A DNA stretch of 63,832 nucleotides, counting the filler, from Basidiobolus ranarum (taxonomy: Eukaryota): assembly GCA_040143965.1 (NCBI GenBank). It is 38 parts of 38 records of this genome, joined end to end, with 100 filler letters (N's around TTAATTAATTAA, not from the genome) between each part and the next. Parts side by side here need not be neighbours in the genome. Positions count along the whole stretch, not along the records: positions 1 to 1,591 come from JASJQH010011646.1; positions 1,692 to 3,281 come from JASJQH010011647.1; positions 3,382 to 4,971 come from JASJQH010011648.1; positions 5,072 to 6,661 come from JASJQH010011649.1; positions 6,762 to 8,350 come from JASJQH010011650.1; positions 8,451 to 10,039 come from JASJQH010011651.1; positions 10,140 to 11,727 come from JASJQH010011652.1; positions 11,828 to 13,415 come from JASJQH010011653.1; 30 more parts are not named here. The stretch is one strand, 5' to 3'. The notes beneath the pieces are model-generated. The model did no database searches. It was not told the DNA's origin and saw only the letters and a program-made list of their open reading frames with translations. This document shows, piece after piece, positions 1-11,828 of the stretch. A program made the translations under genes and the position numbers. Positions within the stretch are counted from its first letter, which is position 1. The number at the start of each line of letters is the position of its first letter.

Positions 1-709
1 ATAATCTGACGGTACTTTTAGGAAAGCTGCAAGACAGACTTCATGGTGAGATAGATAGAGATATGCAGTATTTTTGTTTTAGCCATGGGATAATCTATTC
101 AAGCAATGACACATCTACTTATGGCAGGACATTTGTTGACTGCAAATTGGGGATATATTGGCTGAATTCTTTATGGAAATTTGCCAAAATCCAAGAGCTT
201 ATTCTCATTGTGAACAGTAACAAGAGTCAGCTATTTGCCAAGTGTCAGTGATGTTCAAAATTTCAGATGTTTAGCAATTTTTCCACCATTAGTTTGCTGG
301 TAAAGCATAGTATTGTTGTTGAGTTATGTCTAATCAGTCAAATATATGCATATGTAGAGACTAAACACAACAAGATTCTTGTATTTTTTGATTCTTGTTA
401 TGGCTGGAATACAAAGCCTAAAATGTCTAAATAAAGGCATGCATATTAATTCAAATTCCAACAGCAGTGAACCCAGTAATTTGTCATTCAAAAATTATAT
501 TTTTGCAAAAATTGCCAGATATTGAATAATGCATGCAAAATTTGATGATCAATATTTTAACATGTATGTCTACCATTAAGATACTGGCAAGAAACCATTG
601 TCACATCATCGAAATCCTTAGCAGAATGCAAGCCAACAATATTGTGATGGTTTTGCTGTTTTGGAGGGTGGATCCAATCCGGATCAAATCGATTTTATTT
701 TTTTTAGGG
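1..709 (+). mobile_element. CMC/En-Spm-like DNA transposon: last transposase exon (degenerate) and right terminus
   Basis: Encodes KLQDR...YFCFSHG...WNTKPKMSK*, as in copies at 46286-46700 and 56240-56650; ends TTTTTAGGG at 709. Confidence 0.85.
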
Positions 710-1591
710 TAGTTGCTTCCAAACACTTCATTAATTACAATATTGCGGCAATATTGCTTGTCATGGCCTGTACAGCAACTTCATAGTTTTTACTTATGAT
801 TGCATACAAATCATTGTGGTGTTCTGCCTGTGATTCCCTTGTTGTAATATTTTATCAAAAATTTCTATGGAGGGTTGTTCAATAGTGGGCAAAGTAGACA
901 TTTTGGAAGTTGATGGTCTTGGCAGTACTTTGGTTGAACTTTGCTCCACTATTGATTTAATGTGTGATTGGGGGATTACAATCTCTTCACTTGCACTATT
1001 GCTGGAAACAAACTCATCTGGTAAATTGATTAATGCCACATCATTACTTGAGTTAGTTTCCAGAATGTTGATGCCTTCCAAAGTGGATAGTGGCTTGCTA
1101 GACTGCTCTCAATTAAGTCCTCTGTTCTTGCTTGATTTTTTCCTCTTGTGCCAGCAGGCTTTGGATTGGAAGCCAATTTTGACTTAGATTTTGAGCGCTT
1201 TTTGAATGGCATTGAAATTTTCAGATGGTAAACTTGGTGTAATGAAATTGCTTAGAAACAGCTTATAATAAACCAAAATGGCCATCCATTACTAGAAATA
1301 CCTAGTAAATATCCCTGATGACTCATCTTTCACACTGTCTCAGAATCAGCTGATGATATTGATGGGCTATACCTAAAATACTGCCCTTACTTGGGAGGTG
1401 CTCATCTTTCCACAATATCCTTCTCATACCGCAACATAAACATTTAAAGAAGCCCTACTATTATTGTCGCAAATTCTTGTGCTATGAAAGCCAGAGGCTT
1501 CATAGAAAAAATCATCACAAGCATGGTCTCTGTACTAAGCCAATAGCTGCACATAGCCAGGTGTACAACAATAGTAATAAGTGCACAAAAT
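710..1591. mobile_element. CMC element centre: ORF2 5' part (minus, from 1212), divergent spacer and transposase 5' end (plus)
   Basis: MPFKKRSKSKSKLAS on the minus strand; reverse complement of 7660-8350; interrupted at 709/710 by another copy's terminus. Confidence 0.85.
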
Positions 1592-1691
1592 NNNNNNNNN
1601 NNNNNNNNNNNNNNNNNNNNNNNNNNNNNNNNNNNTTAATTAATTAANNNNNNNNNNNNNNNNNNNNNNNNNNNNNNNNNNNNNNNNNNNN
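1592..1691. other. Artificial contig spacer (N44-TTAATTAATTAA-N44); first of 37 such spacers, recurring about every 1.68 kb up to 62159-62258
   Basis: The same 100-bp block with a six-frame stop core recurs; the contigs between spacers shrink steadily from about 1590 to 1574 bp. Confidence 0.99.
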
Positions 1692-2188
1692 AGCAGCCAT
1701 ATCTCAGAATAGCAAGAAACAACCCACCATAGCACTTTCAACAACTGAAGCAGAGTACATGGCAGCATTACATACAACAAAGGAGGCTATGTGGTTAAGG
1801 AAGCTGTTCAAAGACTTGGGCATCATTCAAACTCACCCACCATAATTTTCATGGATAATCAAAGTTGCATTACTTTAGCTAAAAATCCCAAATTTCATGC
1901 TAGAGGTAAGCACATAGATATTCAACATCACTTTGTTAAGGAAGTTATTGAGGATAAGCATGTCCAACTGGAGTACTGTCCAACTGAGGACATGATTGCT
2001 GACATCCTTACCAAATGATTACCCAAGCCTAAATTTGAAGAATTAAGATTTAAGTTGGGTTTAAGATATATGAATATTTAGTTGCGTGAGGGTGTTGAAG
2101 TTTATTGTCTTTATCATATTTGTTATCTCTATCTTTATACACCTAATATCACCATAAAGAATTTAGCCAACTTATCCCCAACTTATAG
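1692..2188 (+). mobile_element. Ty1/Copia RNase H end, PPT and start of 3' LTR (LTR family A)
   Basis: ALSTTEAEYMA, MDNQSCI, KHIDIQHHFVKE, MIADILTK motifs; purine-rich GTTGCGTGAGGG then TGTTGAAG at 2093. Confidence 0.9.
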
Positions 2189-3176
2189 TCAACAAATGTC
2201 CTGCCACAAGTAGGTGTGTCATTGCTTGAATATATTACCCCATGGCTAAAATGATAATACTACTATCTCCATCTATCTCACCAAGAAGTCTGTCTTGCAG
2301 CTTTCCTAAAAATACCATTAGATTATCATACAAAAAAATTAGTCCAATTATAGAGGTACTTACTCTGTGTCCATGGATTGGGCTTTGTTGCTGTTATTGT
2401 GCTCAGACAATGAAAAAACCCATGAGCATACTGAAAAGAGCCCTTTGTTGGCAGGTTAATATACTCAGGAGTCTCCTTAACCCATTGCATTACATCCATC
2501 ACTGATGTTGCTGATATATTGTTAATCAGATTAGCATATGGTAATACTGAGAATTTCACATGGAGCATCATTTCACCACAAGTGCACTCCATTGGGAGCT
2601 CCCAGAATGTATAGCAAGGGCCTATAATCTCTCAGCATTGTGAAAGATGCAGCAGGGAATGTATTGAATACCAGCGTAGATTCAGTCTATCTTCTTTAAA
2701 CCTGTAATAAAGTTTTTCATATCTAATTACAAAATGTTTGTACTCCCACTGTATCTGCCTGCAATCTGCCAATGTGAGTTGATGCCATAAGAATATATTA
2801 ACAATATCCACAAGCAACTTCCAATGTTGCCAATACTTATCAAGCAGAAATCTTTTTGAAATTCCACTTGAATATATACAAATCCAATACTTCCAGTCTT
2901 TGCATTTGTATAAATGCCTAGATGAGTGAATATTGATGGGAGTCCTGGTAAAATATGATGGTATCTTGACATTTTCAAGCATTTTCCCAATTGATTCAAA
3001 CTTTGATCCTATCTTGAATGGCTCATTCATATTGAATTTTCCACTATATAGCTGAGTAAGTAGTATTGGAATGTTGTTGAATAGTAAGTGCATGGTGCCT
3101 AATGGGAAGCTCTGGCTCCAGCTGATCCCCTTTAGCAATATAATCTTAGGCTTATGGCTAATACCAAGTTTGATGT
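2189..3176 (-). pseudogene. CMC transposase C-terminal half with a 58-bp intron (2306-2363)
   Basis: FPLGTMHLLFNN, HSLLHL, GPCYTFWELPMEC (tnp2/En-Spm-type GPxxxxWxFxMER motif); GTAAGT...GACTAAT...TTTTAG restores the frame. Confidence 0.85.
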
Positions 3177-3281
3177 TATTGGGAAAATATGGGCTGTTTG
3201 GAGGAACTTTAGAAAAGTGGAGTTGTGAATAGCTTTGTGAGATAATTGTTTATTGTCCAGAAATAAAGCATTTATACTTTT
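3177..3281 (-). mobile_element. Copia LTR family A, 3' end, inserted into the transposase
   Basis: Reverse complement of 58625-58730. Confidence 0.85.
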
Positions 3282-3381
3282 NNNNNNNNNNNNNNNNNNN
3301 NNNNNNNNNNNNNNNNNNNNNNNNNTTAATTAATTAANNNNNNNNNNNNNNNNNNNNNNNNNNNNNNNNNNNNNNNNNNNN

Positions 3382-4792
3382 TGTATTAAGTTCTTCCCAG
3401 ATATCTGCATGGTCAAGACCAGACTGAATGTCAAGTTGAATGTTCTTCTTCTAAAGCCACTTTCTGCATACTTTCACTGCATTTTTCCCTTCATACTTTT
3501 GAAAAAACTTCGCAAGCACTTTGACTATTTTTGTATGTCCTTGTTTGTGAGACCACTGAGGGTGCTTTGTGGTGTTTGTGTGGCTTTTTGCTTGCCTTTA
3601 ACTATGGGGCTGATTTCAACACCTTGAAAAGTACCAGTTGAGGTTGAAGAGCCATGAGTTTTATTTGCTGGAGTTTTAGCTTGTTGAGAGGTGCCAGGTG
3701 CTGGATAAAATTCCAAATTTAGCACTCTTTCAGCTGGTGTACCTGGTTCCATGGTGAAATTAAGTTTTTTTGCCTCTATATCTGACTCTGGAAATGCAGA
3801 TCTTAATAATGGTGTGGAGAATTTGGTAAGCAGGTCAGTAGAGCCTAAACTCACTGGCTCCTTTGCTTTTCTCCAGAGTTTACTAACTTCCTGCTTCTTG
3901 AGTACTTCCTTAGCTGCTTTTCTTTATTTTCCTAGTCATTAGTTGTGTACATTTTTGAGATGTTTCATGAATAGGCCTATACTAGCCCAATTGCCATCTG
4001 CTTGCAAAAACCCAGAATAAGCCACATGAAATAAGTAAAGAACCTTCAGAGTAACACCAGTTTTTAGTGTTTCCACAATTGGCTCAAATCCAGGTGATTT
4101 TGGGCAAGATTCTGCACAGTTTCCAAAATGTTAAACCACTCATCATCAGAGCAAGTGAAGGCAGCTCTGACATTCAGAGTCTTTTGGTTTCTGGCTTTCC
4201 TTGAGATTTCTACTTTTATGTGCACAAGCAATTTCAGGTTGTTGTGTAGGCTTAATGGTCCAATGGATATTCTGCTCAGCTAGATTGTCACAGTGACATT
4301 CATATGTGTGGTGTGGAATTGATTGAAATCCCATATGAGAATGGATGGAGGGAGCAGCATGTTACTATAGCTCAAGTACAGCTTTCTGAAGGTCTTGCAT
4401 TGTTGTTGAGTGACTCTCTCAATGTTGACTAGATGCTTCCAAATGCTGCACTAATTGCAATATTGTGGCATTATTGCTTGTTGTGGCCTGTGTAGCAACT
4501 TCGTAGTTTTAACTTACAATTGCATAAAAATCATTTTGGTGTTCTGCCTGTAGTTCCCTTGTTGTAATAATTTTATCCAAATTTTATACAGAGAGTTGTT
4601 CAATAGTGGGTAAATTATCCATTTTGGAAGTTGATGGTCTTAATGGTATTTTGGTTGAACATTGCTTAACTATTGATTTACTATGTGATTGGGGGATTCC
4701 AATCTCTTCACTTGCACTATTGCTGGAAAGGAACACATCTGGTAAATTGATTAATGCTTTGTCAATACTGGAGTTAATTTCCACCATGTTAA
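3382..4792 (-). pseudogene. CMC element ORF2, degenerate
   Basis: Collinear with 18576-20161; AKKLNFTMEPGTP and GFQSIPHHTY blocks. Confidence 0.8.
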
Positions 4793-4971
4793 TGTTGAAG
4801 TTTATTGTCTTTATCATATTTGTTATCTCTATCTTTATACACCTAACTATTTCATATATGACATATAAGTTAGTTAACATTACTTAGTCAAATATCACTT
4901 AGCTGAAAATCGGAACATATATTATATATATATGTGAATTATGTGAGAATTAGCAATTACATATTGGAAAT
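4793..4971 (+). mobile_element. Copia LTR family A, 5' part, inserted into ORF2
   Basis: Begins TGTTGAAGTTTATTGTC; nearly identical to 58352-58530. Confidence 0.9.
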
Positions 4972-6239
4972 NNNNNNNNNNNNNNNNNNNNNNNNNNNNN
5001 NNNNNNNNNNNNNNNTTAATTAATTAANNNNNNNNNNNNNNNNNNNNNNNNNNNNNNNNNNNNNNNNNNNNTGTTCCATCAGACCAGGTCAGATTGTGCC
5101 GCTCAATCCAGCCTGCTATTACAACATCAGGTGTGATCTGTCAATTACCATGGCTGGGTCCCATAACACTTGATCCGACACTATAAGGAACAATATGGCA
5201 CTATCCCACCACAATCAGACATGATGATTTTATTGGAGATATTGTACCAGCCTGTACCAAGTTAACCCATGTAGTATTGCCAAATTATGCTTTTGGGTAA
5301 CTAACAAAGTAAGTTCATCCTCTAGTTTGTAACTTACAAATTACTGAATGTGCAACAATAAACAATTTACATTCCAACTTACCCAAGCACATGTATAACC
5401 TACACATTCTCATATTTTTAGGCCAATCATTTGTCCCTCACTAACACAGTATCATGATTTTCAATTGGGCACAACAGCTGCTGCATTACAAAATGCCAGT
5501 AGTTTTGGCACACCAGTAACAAATCATAGCACTCAATGATGGATTAATATGCAGTATGATAGTAGTGATCAGGATTGCTTGATTCATCATTGTTAGATCA
5601 GCAATTTATTCATTCAATCATGTAAGCTTCTGATTGGGTGAAAATGTGAACAGATTGAGCCATATCAAGCCAATACGGCTGCGCAAGCTTTTTGTGGACA
5701 TACATTTTTCATTTGTTTGTAGTGAAATTGCTTGTATTAATAGGCTATCATCGATTTTTTTGATATATGACAATTTCACACTTTCAGTGTTTCATAAACA
5801 CATAGGCAATCCTGAGCTAACTAAAGCAATTTGTACTATATTTAACTGCAATCCATATCAATTTTGCTTGATGCGCTAAACAATAATGATAGGACAATGT
5901 AAGTATTAATAAGAGTATTCAGCAGTTGCCAAGGTTTGAAGCAGTACATGCTGATTTGCTTCTGTTACTTTTGTTGTCTCCTTGATATTTCCACAGAATG
6001 AATTTTCCTTGAACCTCTGCACTGAGTTGTCTGTTTAATCCTGCTGAAGTTCCTCTACCTTGGCCAGCATGAGTTGTGGCTTGAGGTTGATGCACTGTGG
6101 TATGCGTTGGCTTGTCCAGCCTAGTTTGCAGTTTGTTTATATCTACATTCTCTTCTTCAGATGTGGAGCCTTCACTTAATGGGTCAACCAGCCATTGCTG
6201 CCAGTATGCAGCTCTACATGTCTACCGGGAATGTCTCAC

Positions 6240-6661
6240 TTGAAGTTTGTGCTTGACAGTTATTGCTTCTTAAACCATGGTAGAAGCTTCATCTCTTTGA
6301 CTGGCTGCCATGACCTCTGTTGCATGGCGGAATTTGTTGGAGTGAGTTGTCTACCTTGAGGTTTGTGCTCCATAGTTATTGCTTCTTCAACCATGTTGGA
6401 ATCTTTATCTCTTTTGACTGGCCATGACTGCGGTTGCATGGCAGTTTGTGTTGGAGCAAGTCATCTACTTGGTGGTTTGTGTTTGGCAGTTCTTGCCTCT
6501 TCAACCATGGTAGAAGCTTCATCTCTTTTGACTGGCCGTGGCTGTGGTTGCATGGCAGCATGTGATGGATTGAGTCATCTACCTTGTGGTTTATGTTTGG
6601 TGGTTATTGCTTCTGCAACTGCAGTGGAAGCTTTATCTCTTTCAACTGGCCATAGCCATGG
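6240..6661 (-). repeat. Degenerate 114-bp tandem repeat (about 4 units) encoding a 38-aa unit on the minus strand
   Basis: ACTGGCC at 6417, 6531 and 6645; unit approximately RPVKRDEASTMVEEAITAKHKPQGRxLAPTHAAMQPQS; related units at 21400-21620. Confidence 0.8.
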
Positions 6662-6761
6662 NNNNNNNNNNNNNNNNNNNNNNNNNNNNNNNNNNNNNNN
6701 NNNNNTTAATTAATTAANNNNNNNNNNNNNNNNNNNNNNNNNNNNNNNNNNNNNNNNNNNN

Positions 6762-7827
6762 GGATAGTATCAAAATATTATGACTCTTATACTATTCAGA
6801 GGGAGGAAGATTTAAGTTAATTAAAATTATTGGCCATCAAGCCTTTCCAATGGTATATTTGTTTAGCAAGAAACCATCCAGAGCCAACGCAAATTTGTGA
6901 TCATATGTGTTCTCAAAGAAACCTTGACTTTTTGATTCTGGTAGTAATAGTCATCAAGTATATTGGTAATACCATTGGCTTTATGGTGAGTACTTTGGTA
7001 TTGGAGCAGTGACCCATATTTGGCTGTTTTCATCAAAACTTTAAGATGTGCAATCAATAGTATGAAAGCCAAATATGAACAATATTTACCTGATTCAATG
7101 ATTGCTAATTGTGTGGAAGCAGTACATGACTTCAGGTTATTCAGATCACTAATGAAAGCCAAACAACCATTTGGACATGAAGGTAGTTTAATTACTGAAG
7201 GATTATAAGTCATATGATTGACAAGTGTTTTCCACTTGTAACAGGTCTGTGGCAAGTAACAGCTGCCAATCAACTGTGGTAAAAGTGTAAGAAACCAATA
7301 AACATTGTGTTGCTAAGCTTGGATTGAACTCTGCACTCCTCAATAGTCAAAGCTGCTTCTTTTACTGTAAGTGTTATGAGTGGACTAATGCTTACCAATA
7401 GCAAAGAGTCCACAACAAAACCATTGTCTTCTTCTTTGACTTCTGATATACTACCATCAATACTGGAATAACCAAGGTCAATATCTGGCTGCATGTGCTC
7501 ATAGTTGTCTGGACTTACTGGTTTGACCAAAGTTGCATTTTTATCTACATCATTCTGGTCATATAACTGTCGTAACTCCATGGTATCTTGACTTTTGGCA
7601 GTGTTACCAAAACTTTGACGCAAACTACAGTCAGTGGACTCAATAGGCAAAACTAAAGTTGATTTAGTGCACTTATTACTGTTGTTAAACACCAGGCTTT
7701 GTGCAGCTGGTGGATATATACAGTGACCGTGCTTGTGATTATTTTTTCTATGAAGCCTCTGGCTTTCATAGCACAAGAATTTGCAACAATAATAGCAGGG
7801 CTTCCATGTGTGTTTGTGTTGTGGCAT
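6762..7827 (-). pseudogene. CMC transposase N-terminal half (frameshifted)
   Basis: Starts MPQHKHTWKPCYYC; contains the KLPSCPNGCLAF zinc-ribbon-like motif; continues into the GFFENTYDH...LALDGF region. Confidence 0.85.
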
Positions 7828-8037
7828 GAGAAGGATATTGTAGAAAAAAGAATACCTCCCATGTAAGGGTGGTATTTTAGGTATAGCCCTTCAATATCAT
7901 CAGCTGATTGAGACATTGTCACTGATGAGTCATCAGGGGATTTACAAGATATTTCCAGTAATGGATGGCAATTTTGGTTGATTGTAAGCTGTTTCTAAGC
8001 AATTTCATTATACCAAGTTTACCATCTGAATATCTCA

Positions 8038-8350
8038 ATGCCATTTAAAAAGTGTTCAAAATCCAAGTCAAAATTGGCTTCAAAGCCAAAGCCTGCTGGC
8101 ACAAAAGGAAAAAAGCCAGCAAGAACAGAGGACTTAATTGATGAGCAGTCTAGTGATCCACTATCCACTTTGGAAGGCATTAATATGCCAGAAACTATCT
8201 CAAGTAATGATGAAGCATTAATCAATTTAGCAGATGTGGTCCTTTCCAGCAATAGTGCAAGTGAAGAGATTGTAATCCCCCAATTACATAGTAAAGCAAT
8301 AGTTGAGCAAAGTTCAACCAAAACACTGTCAAGACCATCAACTTCCAAAA
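8038..8350 (+). CDS. CMC element ORF2 N-terminus (Lys-rich, NLS-like, then Ser-rich), divergent from the transposase
   Basis: MPFKKCSKSKSKLASKPKPAGTKGKKPAR; its ATG lies 210 bp from the transposase ATG on the opposite strand. Confidence 0.75.
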
Positions 8351-9868
8351 NNNNNNNNNNNNNNNNNNNNNNNNNNNNNNNNNNNNNNNNNNNNTTAATT
8401 AATTAANNNNNNNNNNNNNNNNNNNNNNNNNNNNNNNNNNNNNNNNNNNNCAAGCATGCTTTACAGTCATGTTTGTTTTGGGTTATTTGAGCTCTTTGCT
8501 TGGAATACAAATCAAGAGTCCAAAACCTAATAAAACTTCAGACTGTGCATTTCAATACAGGTAATTTCTAGGACTGGAATATACATTTCTTAGGCTCAAT
8601 ACTGGCTGTGCTATGGAATTGTCAGAAGGCCAGATACTGAGGAAAGTAATGGAGGTATTAGAAGTGTTACCCAATATCAATAGATTGTGTTGCATTCCGA
8701 GGTAGTCAGGGAAATACTTAGGACAGCATACGCCTCCAAAATACTACTATACCATGTTCACATTGAGAGCCCAGCTATAAGCGTTGTCTTCATAGACTGT
8801 AATAATATATTCACGCGCAACTGCCAATTGCTACTATTCCCAAACACTGTATATTCACAAGGCTAATGAATATCAAACACAACCATTTACACTTGATGAG
8901 ATATCATGGTAGGCTGAGGGTAATTCAACGTACTACATGATTTGTTGCAAACAACATCAACATTTCCACCTTAGACCAATCACAAATCACCAATTAGTAA
9001 TAAGCTACACAACATTCCAAATTTGAAGGATATCCGCTCAGCCTATATATATTAAAGTTAGAGTAGGTTGGATAGTAAACTATGAATATTTGGCTAATAT
9101 GGCGTGCTTCAACCTTATGAGACTATTCGCACAAGCCACCATTGGAAGATCTGATAGTCTGGGGCTTATAGACTATTTTCAGCTTTTGGGGGAATGAAGA
9201 TCATTTGGCGAATTCCTAGAAAGTGGACAGCTGATGCACCAGACTGAATACCTTACTATTCTTTGGCTATTATGAGTATAGTACCTACATTCAACTCAGT
9301 ACGAGGCTTAATGTGACCACAGCAACGCTTGCCTCCTCGTAACTAGCTTGGGTTCTGTAGCGTGCAGGTGGTAGTAGGATGGTATGGGCTTATCTGCTTC
9401 ATTGCTAGACACGAATGAACTCAATAACACGTATATGTCTGGGCCTGCTATGCCATATATGTAGATATTTTAAAAGACCGAGAGTAATTCACGGCACCTT
9501 AAACACAGTTAGCATATATTCTCGGAAATATGTTCCCGGACTGGACCGACGGCTCTTGATTTAGAAACACTCGATTCCTTGGATTTCCCAAAAGATTGAC
9601 AGCATTGTAAATATGAATACCTAAGAGAGTTATGGCTTTCTATAAGAAGGAGTGTTCCTCCAAGCCTGGCTATTTTTATCAATCATTGTAGGAGTTGGCA
9701 TATATTGTTGGATTGAATTAACGCTTCGCATTATATTTGGTGCATGAGGATTGCGGACGCTTCCATACCTGCAGCGATTTGAATGAGCTGTACCACATAC
9801 GTAATCCACTCGAAGCAATAAATAACAAGCGTAGCGCGTAGAATCGCATAAGCCATCCAACTATAATC

Positions 9869-10039
9869 ATGAGTAACGTTCCTTTCTACCACATTGGTAT
9901 CATGCTGTTCCCCAAGTATGATCTTCTCGACGTTACCGGGTCCACTCGCATGCTAGGATCACTTCCTGACCATTTTAAAATCACCTATCTTGGTGAAGAA
10001 GTGGGTCTTTGCCCAGCCGAACAACAGACCTCCATACAT
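9869..10039 (+). CDS. DJ-1/PfpI family (class I glutamine amidotransferase-like) protein, 5' fragment
   Basis: IGIMLFPKYDLLDVTG matches the IGILLFxGFxxLDxxGP N-terminal motif; CpG-normal upstream DNA. Confidence 0.75.
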
Positions 10040-10139
10040 NNNNNNNNNNNNNNNNNNNNNNNNNNNNNNNNNNNNNNNNNNNNTTAATTAATTAANNNNN
10101 NNNNNNNNNNNNNNNNNNNNNNNNNNNNNNNNNNNNNNN

Positions 10140-10396
10140 AATAGCGTTCAAGTGGTAATTGAGTAAAATTTGAGTTACATTTTTTGCACATGTGTTCATC
10201 CATAGTTCTTTGAGATTTTAGCCAATCATTCGCAACTATTTTGCAAGATCTTGAAATTTCACTCTTGAAACTGAAAAAATTGATTAAAATCAAATTTAAC
10301 TTGATGATTTTATGATGGTAAGTAAACGGTCAATCCCAAATGGATTAAAATTGTGACAGTTTTCCTACAATAACAATCCTCGTATTTCTGTTAGGG
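10140..10396 (-). mobile_element. CMC element left terminus
   Basis: Ends ...TTTCTGTTAGGG, the reverse complement of CCCTAACAGAAA. Confidence 0.85.
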
Positions 10397-10977
10397 GAGG
10401 GATATCAGAGTCTCAAAATCTTTTTTCTCAGGCACCTTAAACATCATTCAGCAATGAAGTTAGATAATTCTCACTTACTTGAAGCCTGGTATGGAAGCTT
10501 CTCCCACTTTTACTACCATTGATAGTGCACTGAAATTGGATTGGACAATAGTTTTTGTAGTAACAAAACAAATTGACTAGCTGCTCTCTGGTAGGTATTG
10601 GAGTGTATGAGCCACAGTATTTCTCAAATAAAGTCTCTTGGGTGGCAATAGGAAAGCCAGTAGTTGCTTTTGGATTAATGGGGAATGACCATTTTGAGTA
10701 GATGGAGAGCACAATATTAATCTTGTATTGAGCTGGCACAATACTGATCAATCCAGTGTGCATGAGTTATTTATCCAAGAATTGGAATTATCATGGTAAA
10801 ATTCCCTACATTTAGTATAATAAAATTTCGGTTTGCATTTATTATCCTAATTATTTCAATATGTGTACTTGCATGGAAATTATACAATAAACTGCATCAG
10901 AAAAGTTAATCATATTTTAATCTGCATCAATTTATTTTGTATACATATCAAAACAGCTTGAAGCGGAATGCATTATG

Positions 10978-11727
10978 CCTTAACAGAAATTTGAGGATTG
11001 TTATTGTAGGAAAACAATCACAATTTTAATCCATTTGGGGCTGACTGTTTCCTTACTGTCATAAAATTGTCAAGTTATATTTGATTTTAATCAATTTTTT
11101 CAGTTTCAGGAGTGAAATTTGAAGATCCTGCAACATAGTTGTGCTTGATTAGCTACAATCTCAGAGAACTTCGGATCAACACATGTGCAAAAACGTAACT
11201 CAAATTTTACACAACTACCACTTGAATGCTAGTTTGTCATCTTTGAAATCCATAATCTCTTTGATATATTCTCCTGAATATTTTTATAGAGTTCTTTATA
11301 CCCAGGGTGTAGCTCATACCCAATATAGATTTGTATCCATATCTCCATCAAAGCCCACCATTGTATTAATGTTGTTGATTCAACATTCTTCAGCTATCTG
11401 GTGGATACCCTGCAATATTGTGCCACTCTGTAGTGAGTTCTTCCCAGATATCTGCATGGTCAATACCAGAATGAAAGTCAAGTTGAAAGTCTTCTTCTGA
11501 AGCCACTTTTGGCATACTTGCACTGATTTCTCCCTTCATACTTTTAATAATACTCCTCAAGCACTTTGACTATTTTTATACATCCTTATAGTGTGACACT
11601 ATGGAGGGTGCTTTGTGGTGTTTGTGCGGCTTTTTGCTTGCCTTTAAGTTTAGGGATAATATCAACACTTCAAAAAGAGCCAGTTGAGGTTGGAGAGCTG
11701 TGAGTTTCATTTGATGGTGTTTTGCAA
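10978..11727 (+). mobile_element. CMC element left terminus with ORF2 3' end (ORF2 on minus)
   Basis: CCTTAACAGAAATTTGAGG; collinear with 35438 and 51471 onward. Confidence 0.85.
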
Positions 11728-11828
11728 NNNNNNNNNNNNNNNNNNNNNNNNNNNNNNNNNNNNNNNNNNNNTTAATTAATTAANNNNNNNNNNNNNNNNN
11801 NNNNNNNNNNNNNNNNNNNNNNNNNNNC

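Noticed and set aside
867-1187. Recurrent MEGCSIVGKV.ILEVDGL ORFs (also at 4606, 8019, 18781, 58175)
   Set aside because: They are antisense shadows of transposon ORF2
11183-11500. Recurrent LIYSPEYFYR...SISPSKPTIV ORFs (also at 15454, 51632, 52153) as a third transposon gene
   Set aside because: They are antisense to the ORF2 C-terminus, and their starts and stops vary between copies
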